A stretch of 64,000 bases of DNA from Candidatus Babeliales bacterium (GTDB taxonomy: Bacteria; Babelota; Babeliae; Babelales; JANWKD01): NCBI GenBank assembly GCA_963722255.1, contig CAVRJO010000001.1:128001-192000 (forward strand), read 5' to 3'. This document shows positions 1 to 10,615 of this stretch, in pieces. How positions within the stretch are numbered: position 1 is the stretch's first letter; every line of letters begins with the position of its first letter. Made by a program: the position numbers and the translations under genes. A model generated the notes under the pieces. It made no database searches, was not told the origin of the DNA, and saw only the letters and a list, made by a program, of their open reading frames with translations.

Positions 1-458
1 TCTGCATGGCGTAACTGAGTAGTAGTGATATCAAAGCCTCTTGATTTAAAGTCTGAGAACATAGGCTCAATAGACCATCGCATGCCATAATCAAGAACTT
101 TATATTCGGTAGGAACACAATCCATAGCAATGATCCAAGGTTCATCTTTGCCTTCATCTTGTAGTGCACCAATGTTAGTTGTAACGCCAGAATTATTCAA
201 CTGAACATTGCACAACGATGTTTGTTTTAATCTGATAAGCTCGCCAGAACTCAATTCCCCACCATGATGAAAAAGAATAAGATTACCTTTCAAGCGAATG
301 CGGTATCGCCATTTGAAACTTTGACATAATTGGATAAGCGCAGGATTCCCATAGAATCTATCCGCCATTAAAATAATTTTTGCATAGCTTGGTATGTTAG
401 CAAACACCGCCTCAAGCAGTTGTTTTTGAATGGTAAAGCCAATTTCTCCTTGAGTTTA
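1..458 (-). mobile_element. IS4-superfamily DDE transposase internal fragment (runs off window start)
   Basis: Manual minus-strand translation GEIGFTIQKQLLEAV..IILMADRFYG..YRIRLKGN..EPWII..YGMRWSIEPMFSDFKSRGF (ADR and Y-x2-RW-x-IE motifs). Joins ORF 412..636 abruptly with no N-terminus or terminal IR. Confidence 0.8.
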
Positions 459-636
459 GTCTCCATTTTTCTCTTTGTATTGAGTCACCCTTCCTTTGCA
501 CAAGAGCTCTGTATTTGTCTTTGGGTGAAGCAATAACCTGCCCCGATTGATTTATTTCTTTAACTTCTGATTTTTGCATTGTACACATTAAAAAAGTACA
601 GGATATACTACAAAAAAATATAATTTTATTATTCAT
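412..636 (-). pseudogene. Secreted hypothetical protein, C-terminally interrupted by the transposase fragment
   Basis: Signal-peptide-like N-terminus; last ~15 codons read out of frame through transposase sequence. Confidence 0.6.
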
Positions 637-735
637 AAAACCCTCTTTTACTAATCGCTAAGATCGGTAAAAATAGTTTAAAACAATTAGAGCGAGTTTT
701 GCAAGAAAGAAGGAAAGATATGCATTAATTTAAGA

Positions 736-772
736 AACTGGCCTGTCAGGCATTTCTGAAGGAAATGACTGG
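736..772 (-). repeat. tRNA 3'-trailer hairpin repeat (TGGCCTG family)
   Basis: aactggcctgtcaggcatttc-tgaag-gaaatgactgg; near-identical to the tRNA-Val trailer at 57902-57937. Confidence 0.8.
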
Positions 773-844
773 TGCCGAGGAGTGGAATTGAACCACCGAC
801 ACTGTGCTCTTCAGGCACATGCTCTACCACTGAGCTACCTCGGC
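770..844 (-). tRNA. tRNA-Phe (GAA)
   Basis: Reverse complement GCCGAGGTAGCTCAGTGGTAGAGC..CTGAAGA..GGTTCAATTCC..CTCGGCACCA; cloverleaf with encoded CCA. Confidence 0.97.
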
Positions 845-1067
845 TAGACACTGCTTATGGTACAGATATGAGATTTTTTGTCAATAAAATTAACTAAAAA
901 AATAGATTTTCTATAATGAATTTTTCTTATAATGGTGCTACAATGCCTGAAATAATAAAACGTATTCACAATTAACCCAACAAATAGTCTTTTTTAGGTT
1001 TGCTAATCCTATCTGTCTTTGCTACATTTAAGATAAATAATTTAGGTCCCTAAACAAAAATGATACA

Positions 1068-2096
1068 ATGCTTAAAGATAAAATTGAACAGTTGCTTCAA
1101 GAATTTAATCATGCTTTATCGACTATTACTAATTTAGTTGATTTGGAAGAGGCTAGAATTAAATTCCTTTCACGCAATGGAAAAATTGCTGAACTAATGT
1201 CCGAATTAAAAAAACTTTCACTCCAGGACAAACAGCTCTTTGGTCCCCTCATGAACAACCTAAAACAGTTTACCTTAGAAGCTTATGAAGCTAAAAAAAA
1301 GAGTATTGAAAATTCACTCTTACAGGAGCATTTGGCAAAAGATTTACATTTTGATGTCACAGCATACCTACCAAAACCTGTTTACGGAAGTTTACATCCG
1401 CTAACTCACATCTATGAAAAAATATATTCGATTTTCAGCTCCATGAGTTATGAGATTTTAGAGGGCCCGGAAATTGAAACAGAGTATTATAACTTTGAAG
1501 CATTAAATATCCCTAAAAATCATCCTGCTCGAGATATTATGGACACCTTATGGTTAACTAAACCCGGTTATTTACTAAGAACTCATACCTCTACAGTTCA
1601 GGTTCATGGCATGGAATCTAGAAAACCCCCACTTGCAGTTATTGCTCCAGGAAGAGTGTATCGACATGAAGCAACTGACGCAACTCACGATTTTCTTTTT
1701 AATCAGATTGAAGGGCTTGTTGTCGCTGAAAATATCTCCTTATCTCATTTGCTGGCTACACTAAAAGTTTTTTTCAGAACACTCTTTAATAAAGAAGATT
1801 TAGAGCTTAAAATTCGTCCTGACTATTTCCCTTTTGTTGAACCAGGTATAGAAATTAATATTTCTTGTCCCTTTTGTAAGTCTGGTTGCTCCGTTTGTAA
1901 AAAATCACGCTACATTGAAATGGGCGGCGCTGGACTTGTTCACCCAAATGTTCTACAATGCAGTAACATTGACCCAAAAAAATACAACGGATTTGCCTTT
2001 GGACTAGGGGTAGATCGAATCGCAATGATCATGTATACTATTAATGACATTAGACTTTTTGCGAGCGGCAAAATAGATTTTTTAAAGCAATTTTAA
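1068..2096 (+). CDS. pheS: Phenylalanyl-tRNA synthetase alpha subunit
   Basis: NFEALN, LLRTHTS, YFPFVEP and GFAFGLGVDRIAM motifs. Confidence 0.97.
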   Translation: MLKDKIEQLLQEFNHALSTITNLVDLEEARIKFLSRNGKIAELMSELKKLSLQDKQLFGPLMNNLKQFTLEAYEAKKKSIENSLLQEHLAKDLHFDVTAYLPKPVYGSLHPLTHIYEKIYSIFSSMSYEILEGPEIETEYYNFEALNIPKNHPARDIMDTLWLTKPGYLLRTHTSTVQVHGMESRKPPLAVIAPGRVYRHEATDATHDFLFNQIEGLVVAENISLSHLLATLKVFFRTLFNKEDLELKIRPDYFPFVEPGIEINISCPFCKSGCSVCKKSRYIEMGGAGLVHPNVLQCSNIDPKKYNGFAFGLGVDRIAMIMYTINDIRLFASGKIDFLKQF

Positions 2097-2143
2097 TGAC
2101 TTTTAATAAAATTTCAATTGCATAATGATACTAAAGGAGTAAT

Positions 2144-3061
2144 ATGGATATCCTTAAAACAGTAATCCCCGCTGCTGGATTGGGAACACGCTTTCTTCCT
2201 TTTACAAAAGCGGTACCTAAAGAGATGTTGCCTTTGCTCAATAAACCCGCGATTCAATATCATGTTGAAGAAGCTCTTTATTCTGGCATCAAGAATATTT
2301 TAATGATTATTAGTAAAAATAAACAAGCGATAGCCGATCATTTTGATGCTGACCTTGAATTAGAACTTACTCTAAAAGAACGTGGCAATCTTGAATTACT
2401 TGGAAATCTTAAAAAAATTCATAATGATAGCTATTTTTCTTATATTAGGCAAACTGAGCCGCTTGGCCTTGGGCATGCAATTTGGCTTGCCCGGCATGGC
2501 ATTAACAAAGAATATTTTGGTGTCCAGCTCCCTGATGAGATACTAATCTCTAAAACGCCGGGCCTTGCTCAATTAATAAAAGTTGCTCGACAAGAAAAAG
2601 CAACCGTTGTTGGAGTGCAAGAAGTTCCTTCTGATCTTGTTTCAAACTATGGAATAGTTGCAATAAAAAAACAGATAACGCCGAACCTCTTTCAAGTTTC
2701 ACATTTAGTTGAAAAACCGGATCAAAAAGACGCCCCTTCAAATCTTGCATTGGTTGGAAGATATGTTTTATCTCATAAAATCTTTCCAGCTCTTGAAACC
2801 ATTGAAACTGATATTAAAGGTGAACTTCAACTGACTGATGCTATTAGCCAAATGATGTTTAATAATGAAAAAGTTTTTGCCTATAAAATTCAAGGCACGC
2901 GGTATGATATCGGTAATCCTATTGGATGGCTTAAAGCTCTTATAGGTTGTGCTCTTCAGGATCCTTATTATCAGCCGCATATAAGCAAATTTTTAGCTGA
3001 TAAAGAACTTATGGAATCATTTATTTATAATCCTGTTTCTATTACTGAACATACGCTCTAA
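2144..3061 (+). CDS. galU: UTP--glucose-1-phosphate uridylyltransferase
   Basis: VIPAAGLGTRFLPFTKAVPKEMLP, GLGHAI, LVEKP and GELQLTDAI motifs. Confidence 0.92.
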   Translation: MDILKTVIPAAGLGTRFLPFTKAVPKEMLPLLNKPAIQYHVEEALYSGIKNILMIISKNKQAIADHFDADLELELTLKERGNLELLGNLKKIHNDSYFSYIRQTEPLGLGHAIWLARHGINKEYFGVQLPDEILISKTPGLAQLIKVARQEKATVVGVQEVPSDLVSNYGIVAIKKQITPNLFQVSHLVEKPDQKDAPSNLALVGRYVLSHKIFPALETIETDIKGELQLTDAISQMMFNNEKVFAYKIQGTRYDIGNPIGWLKALIGCALQDPYYQPHISKFLADKELMESFIYNPVSITEHTL

Positions 3062-3099
3062 AAAAAATCTCCTCAATGCATAGACATTAAGGAGATTTT
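3062..3099. terminator. Bidirectional intrinsic terminator
   Basis: aaaaatctcct..aggagatttt stem between convergent genes. Confidence 0.7.
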
Positions 3100-3123
3100 A
3101 AAATTAAGTACAACTAATTTTGA

Positions 3124-3750
3124 TCAAACCAATTCTTCAAAAGTTATTTCAAGCATTGGGCAAACTTTCCATCCTGCTAGTTCAAAATGCCACCAGGGAT
3201 CTTGACTGTTTTGTACAAACCCATGCTTTACCATGATTATTTTTAAAAGATCACGATTTTTACACGCTCTTTCTGAAATATCACACGCATCGCATGAAGC
3301 CTTACAAGTGATACAATCAAATGATGTTGGCATATCAATTTCTAACCCTGTTTTTAAATCAAATAAGGTTACATCAACTGCCATTCCTCGGGTATGAGAA
3401 TCACCATGAGATGGATTTGTAATATAGTTTTCATCAGGAAGTAGTTTCCATATTTTTTCTAACTCTTGTTTTGGTTGAAAGGCATCCCAAATTACAATGC
3501 CAAATCCATAGTGTTCAAATTCTTGAACTGCACCTTTCAAAGCATGTGCAACATCTTTATGAACATAACAACAGGTGCATGAATCATAAATCTTTTGTTG
3601 AGTAATATTCTGTTCCGTTGCATAACGTAGATTCATTACAATCGCAGGATTGTGTAGGGTATCAAGTGATACCAAATCATGTGCATCTGCCCTCCTTAAT
3701 GAAAAGCTGAATACAACGGCTGTTATTATTGCTATTTTTGAAATGTTCAT
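3124..3750 (-). CDS. D-Ala-D-Ala dipeptidase family (VanX/DdpX, peptidase M15D) with signal peptide
   Basis: LRYAT, SHTRGMAVDVTL, DMPTSFD, WWHF. Confidence 0.85.
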   Translation of the reverse strand: MNISKIAIITAVVFSFSLRRADAHDLVSLDTLHNPAIVMNLRYATEQNITQQKIYDSCTCCYVHKDVAHALKGAVQEFEHYGFGIVIWDAFQPKQELEKIWKLLPDENYITNPSHGDSHTRGMAVDVTLFDLKTGLEIDMPTSFDCITCKASCDACDISERACKNRDLLKIIMVKHGFVQNSQDPWWHFELAGWKVCPMLEITFEELV

Positions 3751-3998
3751 GAAATTCTCCTTTTTTTAGCGTTTATTAGTATACCGCAGTATAAACTAAC
3801 AATGTATGAAAATACAAGATCGTTGTATCTGTACTAAAGTCATATCACTAAAAATCAAAAAATCATTTCATATCATTAACAATTATTGCAAATTGAAAAT
3901 AAAATAAGTTATGCTTAACATGAATATGTTTAAGCAATTTAGATTGTGGAAATCTGCGTAATTCACCAAATTCACGTTATATAAAAAAGGAACTAACA

Positions 3999-4181
3999 AT
4001 GAATTTTTCGACTCTCACTTATCTCCTTATTTTTTTTAGTAGCAGCGCACTCAGTGCAGCATGCCCAACTTGTGTAGCAAAAGTTCAACAGAACTCACCA
4101 CCCTTTTTTGCAGATGAATTTTATACATCAAATAATGATGATCTTGATATCGATTTAGTAACAACCGGAACGGGTTCTTAA
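3999..4181 (+). CDS. Small secreted CxxC protein
   Basis: RBS aaagga, signal peptide, ACPTC. Confidence 0.55.
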   Translation: MNFSTLTYLLIFFSSSALSAACPTCVAKVQQNSPPFFADEFYTSNNDDLDIDLVTTGTGS

Positions 4182-5398
4182 CAATTACTTTGCTTCAAAA
4201 GGCGAATAATAGCTTTATAATCTTTCTGTTGTCCAAGATGAAAGAATACTTTATAAAATGTCGTTTCTTTATTTTCGGTTTCAGCAAGCATCATAATTGC
4301 AATTTCTTCCGCTGTCCCCCCGCCATAGCCTCTTATCGTTCGATCGGCCCCATGCTTTAATAACGTTGAAACAATCGTTAAATTACCATACTTTGCAGCA
4401 TACATAAGGGCGGTCATTCCTTGATGGTCTCGCACATTAATTAGAGCTTTGCATGCTAGTAGTTCATTTGAGGCAAAATAGTTATTATAGATCGCACTAA
4501 ATATTAATGGTGTCGCACCTGAATTATCTACGTTATTAACATCCGCACCATTTGCAAGCAATAAAGCTGTTGTTTTATGCGTATGATTAAATATCGATAA
4601 TGCTAGCGACGTTACTCCTAAACTATTTCTATTATTAACATACGCCCCCCTTTGAATTAGCTCTTTAACTATTTCAAAAGGAAGTTGTTTATACATAAGG
4701 GGTGTTTTCCCCTGATTATCAATTTCATTAACATCAATCTTTCGGCTCAAAAAAACCTTAAGCACATTTATATTATTATTTTTTGCCAACGCATAACTGA
4801 ATAATGGCGTCTCATATCTTACCATAACTTTTTGATGTACATTTGCGCCATGATCAAGTAAAAAATCAACCATTTCTGGATATCCGCTTTGTACAGCAAT
4901 TACAATAGGTGTAAAACCTTTCTTGTTCTTTTGATCAACCAGCGCACCTGCAGAAAGCAGTAACTGTGCATATACTAAAGATCTGCTTTTAATAGCACAT
5001 CCCAAAGGAACATCATCACGCACATTACTATTATTAAGATCTATTCCTGTTGTTAAACAATCACGGACATCATCGTAACTATATTTACCCCGATTTTTCA
5101 TTGCTAAGCATAAAGCCTCTACAAAATTAAAGTTTACATCAATCAATAACTGTACAAAACTACAAAGCTCATCCGGACATTGTTTATGATCATCTAACTT
5201 AATTTTTTTTTGCTTTATTTCTTGGGCAACAACAATTGCCGCTCTCATTCTCAATGATGGCATTGGTTTAAAAAGCATCTTAGATTCTCTATCGCCTTCC
5301 TCCATGCCATAGACATTATTTTTTCCAACTGATAGAACGAAACTTATAATAACAAAATACAATGAGCAGCTCTTACGTCGTTTATTTATTATTTTCAT
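4178..5398 (-). CDS. Secreted ankyrin-repeat protein
   Basis: Multiple G-x-T-P/A-L...LL..GADVN repeats after a signal peptide ending VYG-ME. Confidence 0.92.
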   Translation of the reverse strand: MKIINKRRKSCSLYFVIISFVLSVGKNNVYGMEEGDRESKMLFKPMPSLRMRAAIVVAQEIKQKKIKLDDHKQCPDELCSFVQLLIDVNFNFVEALCLAMKNRGKYSYDDVRDCLTTGIDLNNSNVRDDVPLGCAIKSRSLVYAQLLLSAGALVDQKNKKGFTPIVIAVQSGYPEMVDFLLDHGANVHQKVMVRYETPLFSYALAKNNNINVLKVFLSRKIDVNEIDNQGKTPLMYKQLPFEIVKELIQRGAYVNNRNSLGVTSLALSIFNHTHKTTALLLANGADVNNVDNSGATPLIFSAIYNNYFASNELLACKALINVRDHQGMTALMYAAKYGNLTIVSTLLKHGADRTIRGYGGGTAEEIAIMMLAETENKETTFYKVFFHLGQQKDYKAIIRLLKQSNC

Positions 5399-5451
5399 TA
5401 GGCATTTGCTTTCTCGTCAATAACTGGGCTGTTATTTATATACAAATTTTT

Positions 5452-7849
5452 TTATGAATATCTCTTCAAAAACGGAATAACCGAATCAGGATTTAATGAT
5501 AACGATGTTATACCTAAATCAACTAAGAACTGGGCAAATTCAGGATAATCTGATGGCGCTTGACCACAAATACCTATTGGTTTTTTATGACGCAATGCAC
5601 CTTCAATAACCATTGCACACATTTTTTTCACTGCCTGATCTCGTTCGTCAAAAAGAGGTGCAAGAAGCGCCGAATCTCTATCAACGGCAAGAGTAGTTTG
5701 TGTCAAATCATTTGATCCAATCGAAAATCCATCAAAAAGCTTACAAAATTCATCAATGAGGAGAACATTTGATGGTATTTCAACCATCATATAAATTTTC
5801 AAACCATTATGACCTTGAACAAGCCCATACTTCTTCATAACCGTTATCACTCGCCAAGCTTCATCAACGGTTCTAACGAAAGGAATCATAACAATAATAT
5901 TGGTAAGGCCCATAGTATCTCGAGCTTTTTTTAATGCAGCACATTCAAGTGCAAAAGCAGGCTCATACAATGGATTATAATAACGAGATGCGCCGCGTAA
6001 TCCTAACATCGGGTTACTTTCTACGGGTTCAAAAAACGAACCACCAAGTAAATCTCGATATTCATTCGTTTTAAAATCAGAAAAACGTACTATAACAGGA
6101 TGAGGATAAAATGCCGCGGCAATAGATCCGACACCTTGGGCTAAAGAATCAATAAAAAAATCTTCACGTGTAGCGTAAGCGCTTGTTAAAAGATCCAGCT
6201 CATGAATAATTTTTACGTCCTTAATAACAGCGTTTTGAGTAAATGCCATTGGATGAGCTTTTATTGTGTGCGCTATTATAAATTCTACGCGCGCCAGACC
6301 AACTCCAGATACAAAAGGCAATTGACACACCACAAAAGCATTATTTGGATCAGCAATATTAACCAGTATTTCTTTTGGTGGCTTTACAAGTTTTGTTGTA
6401 TCAATTTCTGAAATGGTAAAAGGTATCTGACCATTATAAACAAATCCTTGTGCGCCCTGGCTACAATCTAAGGTAATTATGTGCCCATCTTTTATTAAGG
6501 TAAGCGAATTGGCTGCGCCTACAACAGCAGGAATACCCAATTCTCTGACTTACAATTGCTGCATGGCATGTTCTCCCACCTTCTTCGGTTACAATACCGG
6601 CCGCTTTTTGCATCAAAGGAACCCAATCGGGATCTGTCATTTGAGTAACTAAAATGTCTCCCTCATTGAAAATGGCTGCATCTTTTGCGCTTTTAATGAT
6701 ACGAGCTTTTCCTGATACTATTTTTGTACCAACACTTTGCCCTTCAACAAGAATCTGTTGCGCAGCATCTTTTTTATGAGCCTCTTGCAAAGAATAAAGT
6801 TGCATAAAAGCACTCTGCTTCTTTAAGGAATGTACCGTTTCCGGACGCGCTTGAACAATATAGAGAGAACCATCTAATCCATCTTTTGCCCATTCTATAT
6901 CCATAGGCGACCAAAAACCATTGAGTTGCGTATAATAGTCCTCAATGAGCACAATATTTTTTGACAGCTCTTGTATTTCGGAGTCAGTTAAACAAAATCT
7001 TTGAGCATCAGATTGTTCAACAGGCACCCATTCAACTTTTTTTTGCTCAGTTGCATAGATTAGTTTTTTTCTCTTAGAACCTATCACTTTTTTTATAATG
7101 GGATTAAATCCCTCTTTAAGCGTTGTTTTAAAAACACGATACTCATCAGGATTAACAATGCCTTGAACCACAGCTTCGCCAAGTCCATACGATGCATCAA
7201 TCATAATTAAATCTTTAAAACCTGTTTCAGTATCCAATGAAAATGCAACGCCGGAAACAGCTAAATCTGAACGCACCATTTTTTGTACAACAATTGAAAG
7301 CGCTATATCAAGATGATCAAAGCCTTTTGTTGAACGATACATAATTGCTCTATCGGTAAATAATGAGGCAAAACATTTTTTACATGCCTCTATCAACTGT
7401 TTTTGACCTTGAATATGCAAAAAACTTTCTTGCTGTCCTGCAAATGATGCTCCAGGAAGATCTTCCGCGGTTGCTGAAGAACGAACTGCAACATCAACTT
7501 CATCAGTATGATATTCTTTTGAAAGCTCTTGATATGATTGAGCTATTTCATCAAATAAATCTGAAGGCATCTCTGCTTTACAAATGAGTTCTCGAACTTC
7601 TTTCGCTTTTTTAGTAAGACTGGATAAATCATTAAGATCTATCGAGTTTACTATTTTTTTTATGAGCGGTGCCAGACTATTATAATCTAAATAATGCCGG
7701 TATGCTCGAGCAGTTATTGCAAAACCGTCAGGAATTTTAACTCCTTTCTGAGTCAAATATTGAATCATTTGACCAAGAGATGCAGTTTTACCACCAACTA
7801 ATGGACTATCATGTATACCCACTTGATGTAGCGATTTAATATATTCCAT
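5452..7849 (-). CDS. ppsA: Phosphoenolpyruvate synthase, split by one frameshift near 6545
   Basis: GGKTASLG, AVRSSATAEDLP, GGRTCHAAIVS in ORF 6461..7849; ESNPMLGLRGASRY, SIGSNDLTQ, GICGQAPSD in ORF 5452..6540. Confidence 0.93.
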
Positions 7850-7856
7850 TAATAGT

Positions 7857-8408
7857 TTATTTCCTTTCGTATGTTGCCATTAATTCTGCTTTTTCCAAGA
7901 TATGACCATCAATTGCTTTCATTATTTCATTTTTTGAAGCACCTTCAGGAAGATTAAGCATACTATCTAAAGCATAAAGAATAAAATAATACCTGTGCAT
8001 TTTATCAGGAGGGCAAGCTCCGTGGAATTCATTTTTCCCGCTATTGGTCAAACCCTGTTTTGCACCCTTTAGTGTACCAATATTACTATTTTCATCAATT
8101 TTGTTTATAAAGGGAGGAATATTAAAAACAATCCAGTGAACCCAAGGGTTAGGTTTTGTAGCAGGCGCATCAGGATCTTCCATGATGAGCATAAAACTTT
8201 TTGTACCTGCCGGTGCATTCTGCCATTCTAAAGGAGGATTTATATCTTTACCATCACACGTATAAGCTGTTGGTAGAACAGTACCATTTTTAAATGCCGG
8301 ACTCGTTAACTGCATAAAATTTCCTTCCGCTTCACTTTTTTTTAGATTTAACAATAGAAAGCATATAGTTACTACAATAATCAATACACAAACAATTCTT
8401 TTCATCAA
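7857..8408 (-). CDS. YbhB/YbcL (PEBP / Raf kinase inhibitor-like) protein
   Basis: YTCDG..NPPLEW, EDPDAP, WVHW, GACPP..HRYYF. Confidence 0.92.
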   Translation of the reverse strand: MMKRIVCVLIIVVTICFLLLNLKKSEAEGNFMQLTSPAFKNGTVLPTAYTCDGKDINPPLEWQNAPAGTKSFMLIMEDPDAPATKPNPWVHWIVFNIPPFINKIDENSNIGTLKGAKQGLTNSGKNEFHGACPPDKMHRYYFILYALDSMLNLPEGASKNEIMKAIDGHILEKAELMATYERK

Positions 8409-8832
8409 TTCCCCTTTTTTTATACTATTGATCCTTCAATTCTACTAATAAATAATTGCTAAAATCATTGTTTTAGCATTCTTTTTCTAACAAGCTATAC
8501 AAAAAAATGAAAAAAAAGCTATACTGTATAAAATAATAATTATTCATACATGATAGAAATAGAATTTATATCTATTCTTCAACGATAAGGAGCCTATGAT
8601 GAATCGTAGTTCATCTCATACCTTTCCTACTTCTCTTACTCCAAAACACAACAAGTCAAATAAAGTCATTTTCAATGATTATTAGAACTTCAATGTGTGG
8701 CTCCATTTCTTTATGTATTCCCGCCGTGGATATAACAATTTGCACATTATAGTGCTTTTTTAACCAAATTCGATCTTAATTTATTAATATACTCATAAGG
8801 GTTTATTCTATTAAACCTTAAGGATTTTTTAT

Positions 8833-9996
8833 ATGAAACGTTTTTTCCAATCCCAAACTATAGCTACTGGACTCGCTATTTTTTCTATGTTTTTTGGCGC
8901 AGGTAATTTAATTTACCCTCTTAATGTTGGATTTATTGCCGGTGCAAAAAATCTCTGCGCTATTTCAGGCTTTATGGTTACCGGTGTTCTTCTACCTTTA
9001 TTGGCACTCATAGCAATAATACTTTTTAATGGTGATTATCATGAGTTTTTCAATCGACTTGGTAAAATACCAGGCGCACTCTTTATTTTATTCTGTATGC
9101 TTATTATTGGGCCTCTTTTTGCAATTCCTCGGATTGTTACTGTTGCACATATCATGATTGCACCTTTCATAGGAAATATTTCATTGCCAATTTTTACTTT
9201 TCTTTTCCTTGCATTAACTTTTCTTGGGACGTATAAAGAAAGTCGCATTATTAATCTACTTGGTAATGTGATAAGTCCACTCTTGCTTGTTTCTCTTATA
9301 ATTATTATTGTAAAAGGTCTTCTTTTCCGTGGAGAAATGACACAAGAAATTACATCAAGTTGTCTGGCACTCTTTTGGGAAAGTATTAAGATCGGTTACA
9401 AAACACTCGATATGCTTGGAGCCATTTTCTTCTCTTCTATTGTGATCACTATCTTAAGAGAAAAGCTTAAAGACCAATCAGAAAAATCGCTAAAAAAATT
9501 AGCGATTATGGGTTTAAAAGCAGGTCTTCTAGGGGTAGCCTTACTCGCAATTGTTTACCTTGGAATGAGCTATTTGGGTGTATTTCATGGTGCTGGACTT
9601 GGCCATCTCAATGAAGGAGAGCTTTTTAGTGCACTTTCATTTAGAATTCTTGGCTCACATGGTGCAATTATTATTGCTCTTGCTGTTTTAATGGCGTGTT
9701 ATTCGACAATTGTTGCACTGACTGCTGTAGTATCAGAATATGTTCAGAAAACCATTTTTATCAATAAAATAAACTATATACAAGCATTACTCATAGTGTT
9801 GGGTATAGCAGCAGTTGTTTCTAATTTTGGATTAAGCAAAATTTTAAAATTTTCTGGCCCTTATATTGACGTTTGCTATCCCGCACTTATAGTACTTGTG
9901 TTCGTTAATATTGCTTATAAATTATTTGGTTTCAAACCAGTAAAAATACCAGTGTTAGTAACCCTATTAGTCTCTTCATTATTTTATTTATGGTAA
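8833..9996 (+). CDS. brnQ: Branched-chain amino acid:cation symporter (LIVCS)
   Basis: GLAIFSMFFGAGNLIYP, IGPLFAIPR, GYKTLDMLGAIFF. Confidence 0.92.
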   Translation: MKRFFQSQTIATGLAIFSMFFGAGNLIYPLNVGFIAGAKNLCAISGFMVTGVLLPLLALIAIILFNGDYHEFFNRLGKIPGALFILFCMLIIGPLFAIPRIVTVAHIMIAPFIGNISLPIFTFLFLALTFLGTYKESRIINLLGNVISPLLLVSLIIIIVKGLLFRGEMTQEITSSCLALFWESIKIGYKTLDMLGAIFFSSIVITILREKLKDQSEKSLKKLAIMGLKAGLLGVALLAIVYLGMSYLGVFHGAGLGHLNEGELFSALSFRILGSHGAIIIALAVLMACYSTIVALTAVVSEYVQKTIFINKINYIQALLIVLGIAAVVSNFGLSKILKFSGPYIDVCYPALIVLVFVNIAYKLFGFKPVKIPVLVTLLVSSLFYLW

Positions 9997-10067
9997 AGAA
10001 GGTTGTAAAAAATTAGATTTTTCTTACACTAAATGCAGAATAACTTTATTACATCGAAAGTCTACCT

Positions 10068-10232
10068 ATGATTACAAAGAATTTTTTATTGGTTGTTGTT
10101 TGTTTTGGAATTGCAATGACTTTAACAAGCTGCAAAAAATCAAGACAAGAAATTGTTGAAGTTCAAGAAAAAAGAATTTCAGGACCTTTATCAGATAGCT
10201 CTATTGAATGGTCAGAGTCTGATTATAAATAA
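10068..10232 (+). CDS. Small lipoprotein (54 aa, below ORF-track cutoff)
   Basis: MITKNFLLVVVCFGIAMTLTS-CKKSRQE..; lipobox LTSC; followed by a terminator. Confidence 0.7.
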   Translation: MITKNFLLVVVCFGIAMTLTSCKKSRQEIVEVQEKRISGPLSDSSIEWSESDYK

Positions 10233-10235
10233 CTA

Positions 10236-10278
10236 AAAAAAAAGAGGATGAATTATAATAATAACTCATCCTCTTTTT
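10236..10278. terminator. Intrinsic terminator hairpin
   Basis: aaaaagaggatga..tcatcctcttttt. Confidence 0.75.
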
Positions 10279-10295
10279 CATGAAAATTTTTTTTG

Positions 10296-10315
10296 AAAAA
10301 AAACGCTTTCGCGTT
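10296..10315 (-). terminator. Terminator directly after the tmRNA-like RNA
   Basis: Minus strand AACGC-GAAA-GCGTT followed by a T run. Confidence 0.75.
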
Positions 10316-10614
10316 GGAGGTAATAACATGGTTTTCACCACGCCCCTTTTACGCTCAAGTCTCTACATGCTTAGTCTTTATACCTACATATACCTCCTAA
10401 AGACCGGTAACAGTATAAGTCACATGGTTTGTTCCTTTGTTCATGATACTAATCATGTAAACCTCTCATGAACATCTTACTTTTATTTACCCCTATTAGT
10501 CTAAATTAGTAAGAGAATCTATTAACTAATCGGTGAAGTTTCTTTTACGGAAAACTTCTAAAATCCGGCATGCTGCCCCAAACGTAATGGGAAAGCTTTC
10601 GCTTTTACCTCCAA
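10314..10614 (-). ncRNA. tmRNA-like structured RNA with non-canonical tRNA-like domain and no recognisable tag ORF
   Basis: 10-bp closing stem TTGGAGGTAA/TTACCTCCAA. Helix 2: CCC-ATTACGTTTGGGG-CA-GCATGC with GCATGT-AGAGA-CTTGAGCGTAA-AA-GGG. pk1: CGGA/TCCG plus GAAGTTT/AAACTTC with the CG-TAAAA linker. pk4-like GGTCTTTA/TAAAGACT followed by the tmRNA signature GACTAAGCATGTAG. Confidence 0.75.
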
Positions 10615-10615
10615 A

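Noticed and set aside
10314..10614. RNase P, SRP, 6S RNA, c-di-GMP riboswitch or group I intron
   Set aside because: Their signature motifs (e.g. GAGGAAAGUCC, the SRP GGAA-loop helix) were not found; the helix-2/pk1/pk4 match to tmRNA is more specific.
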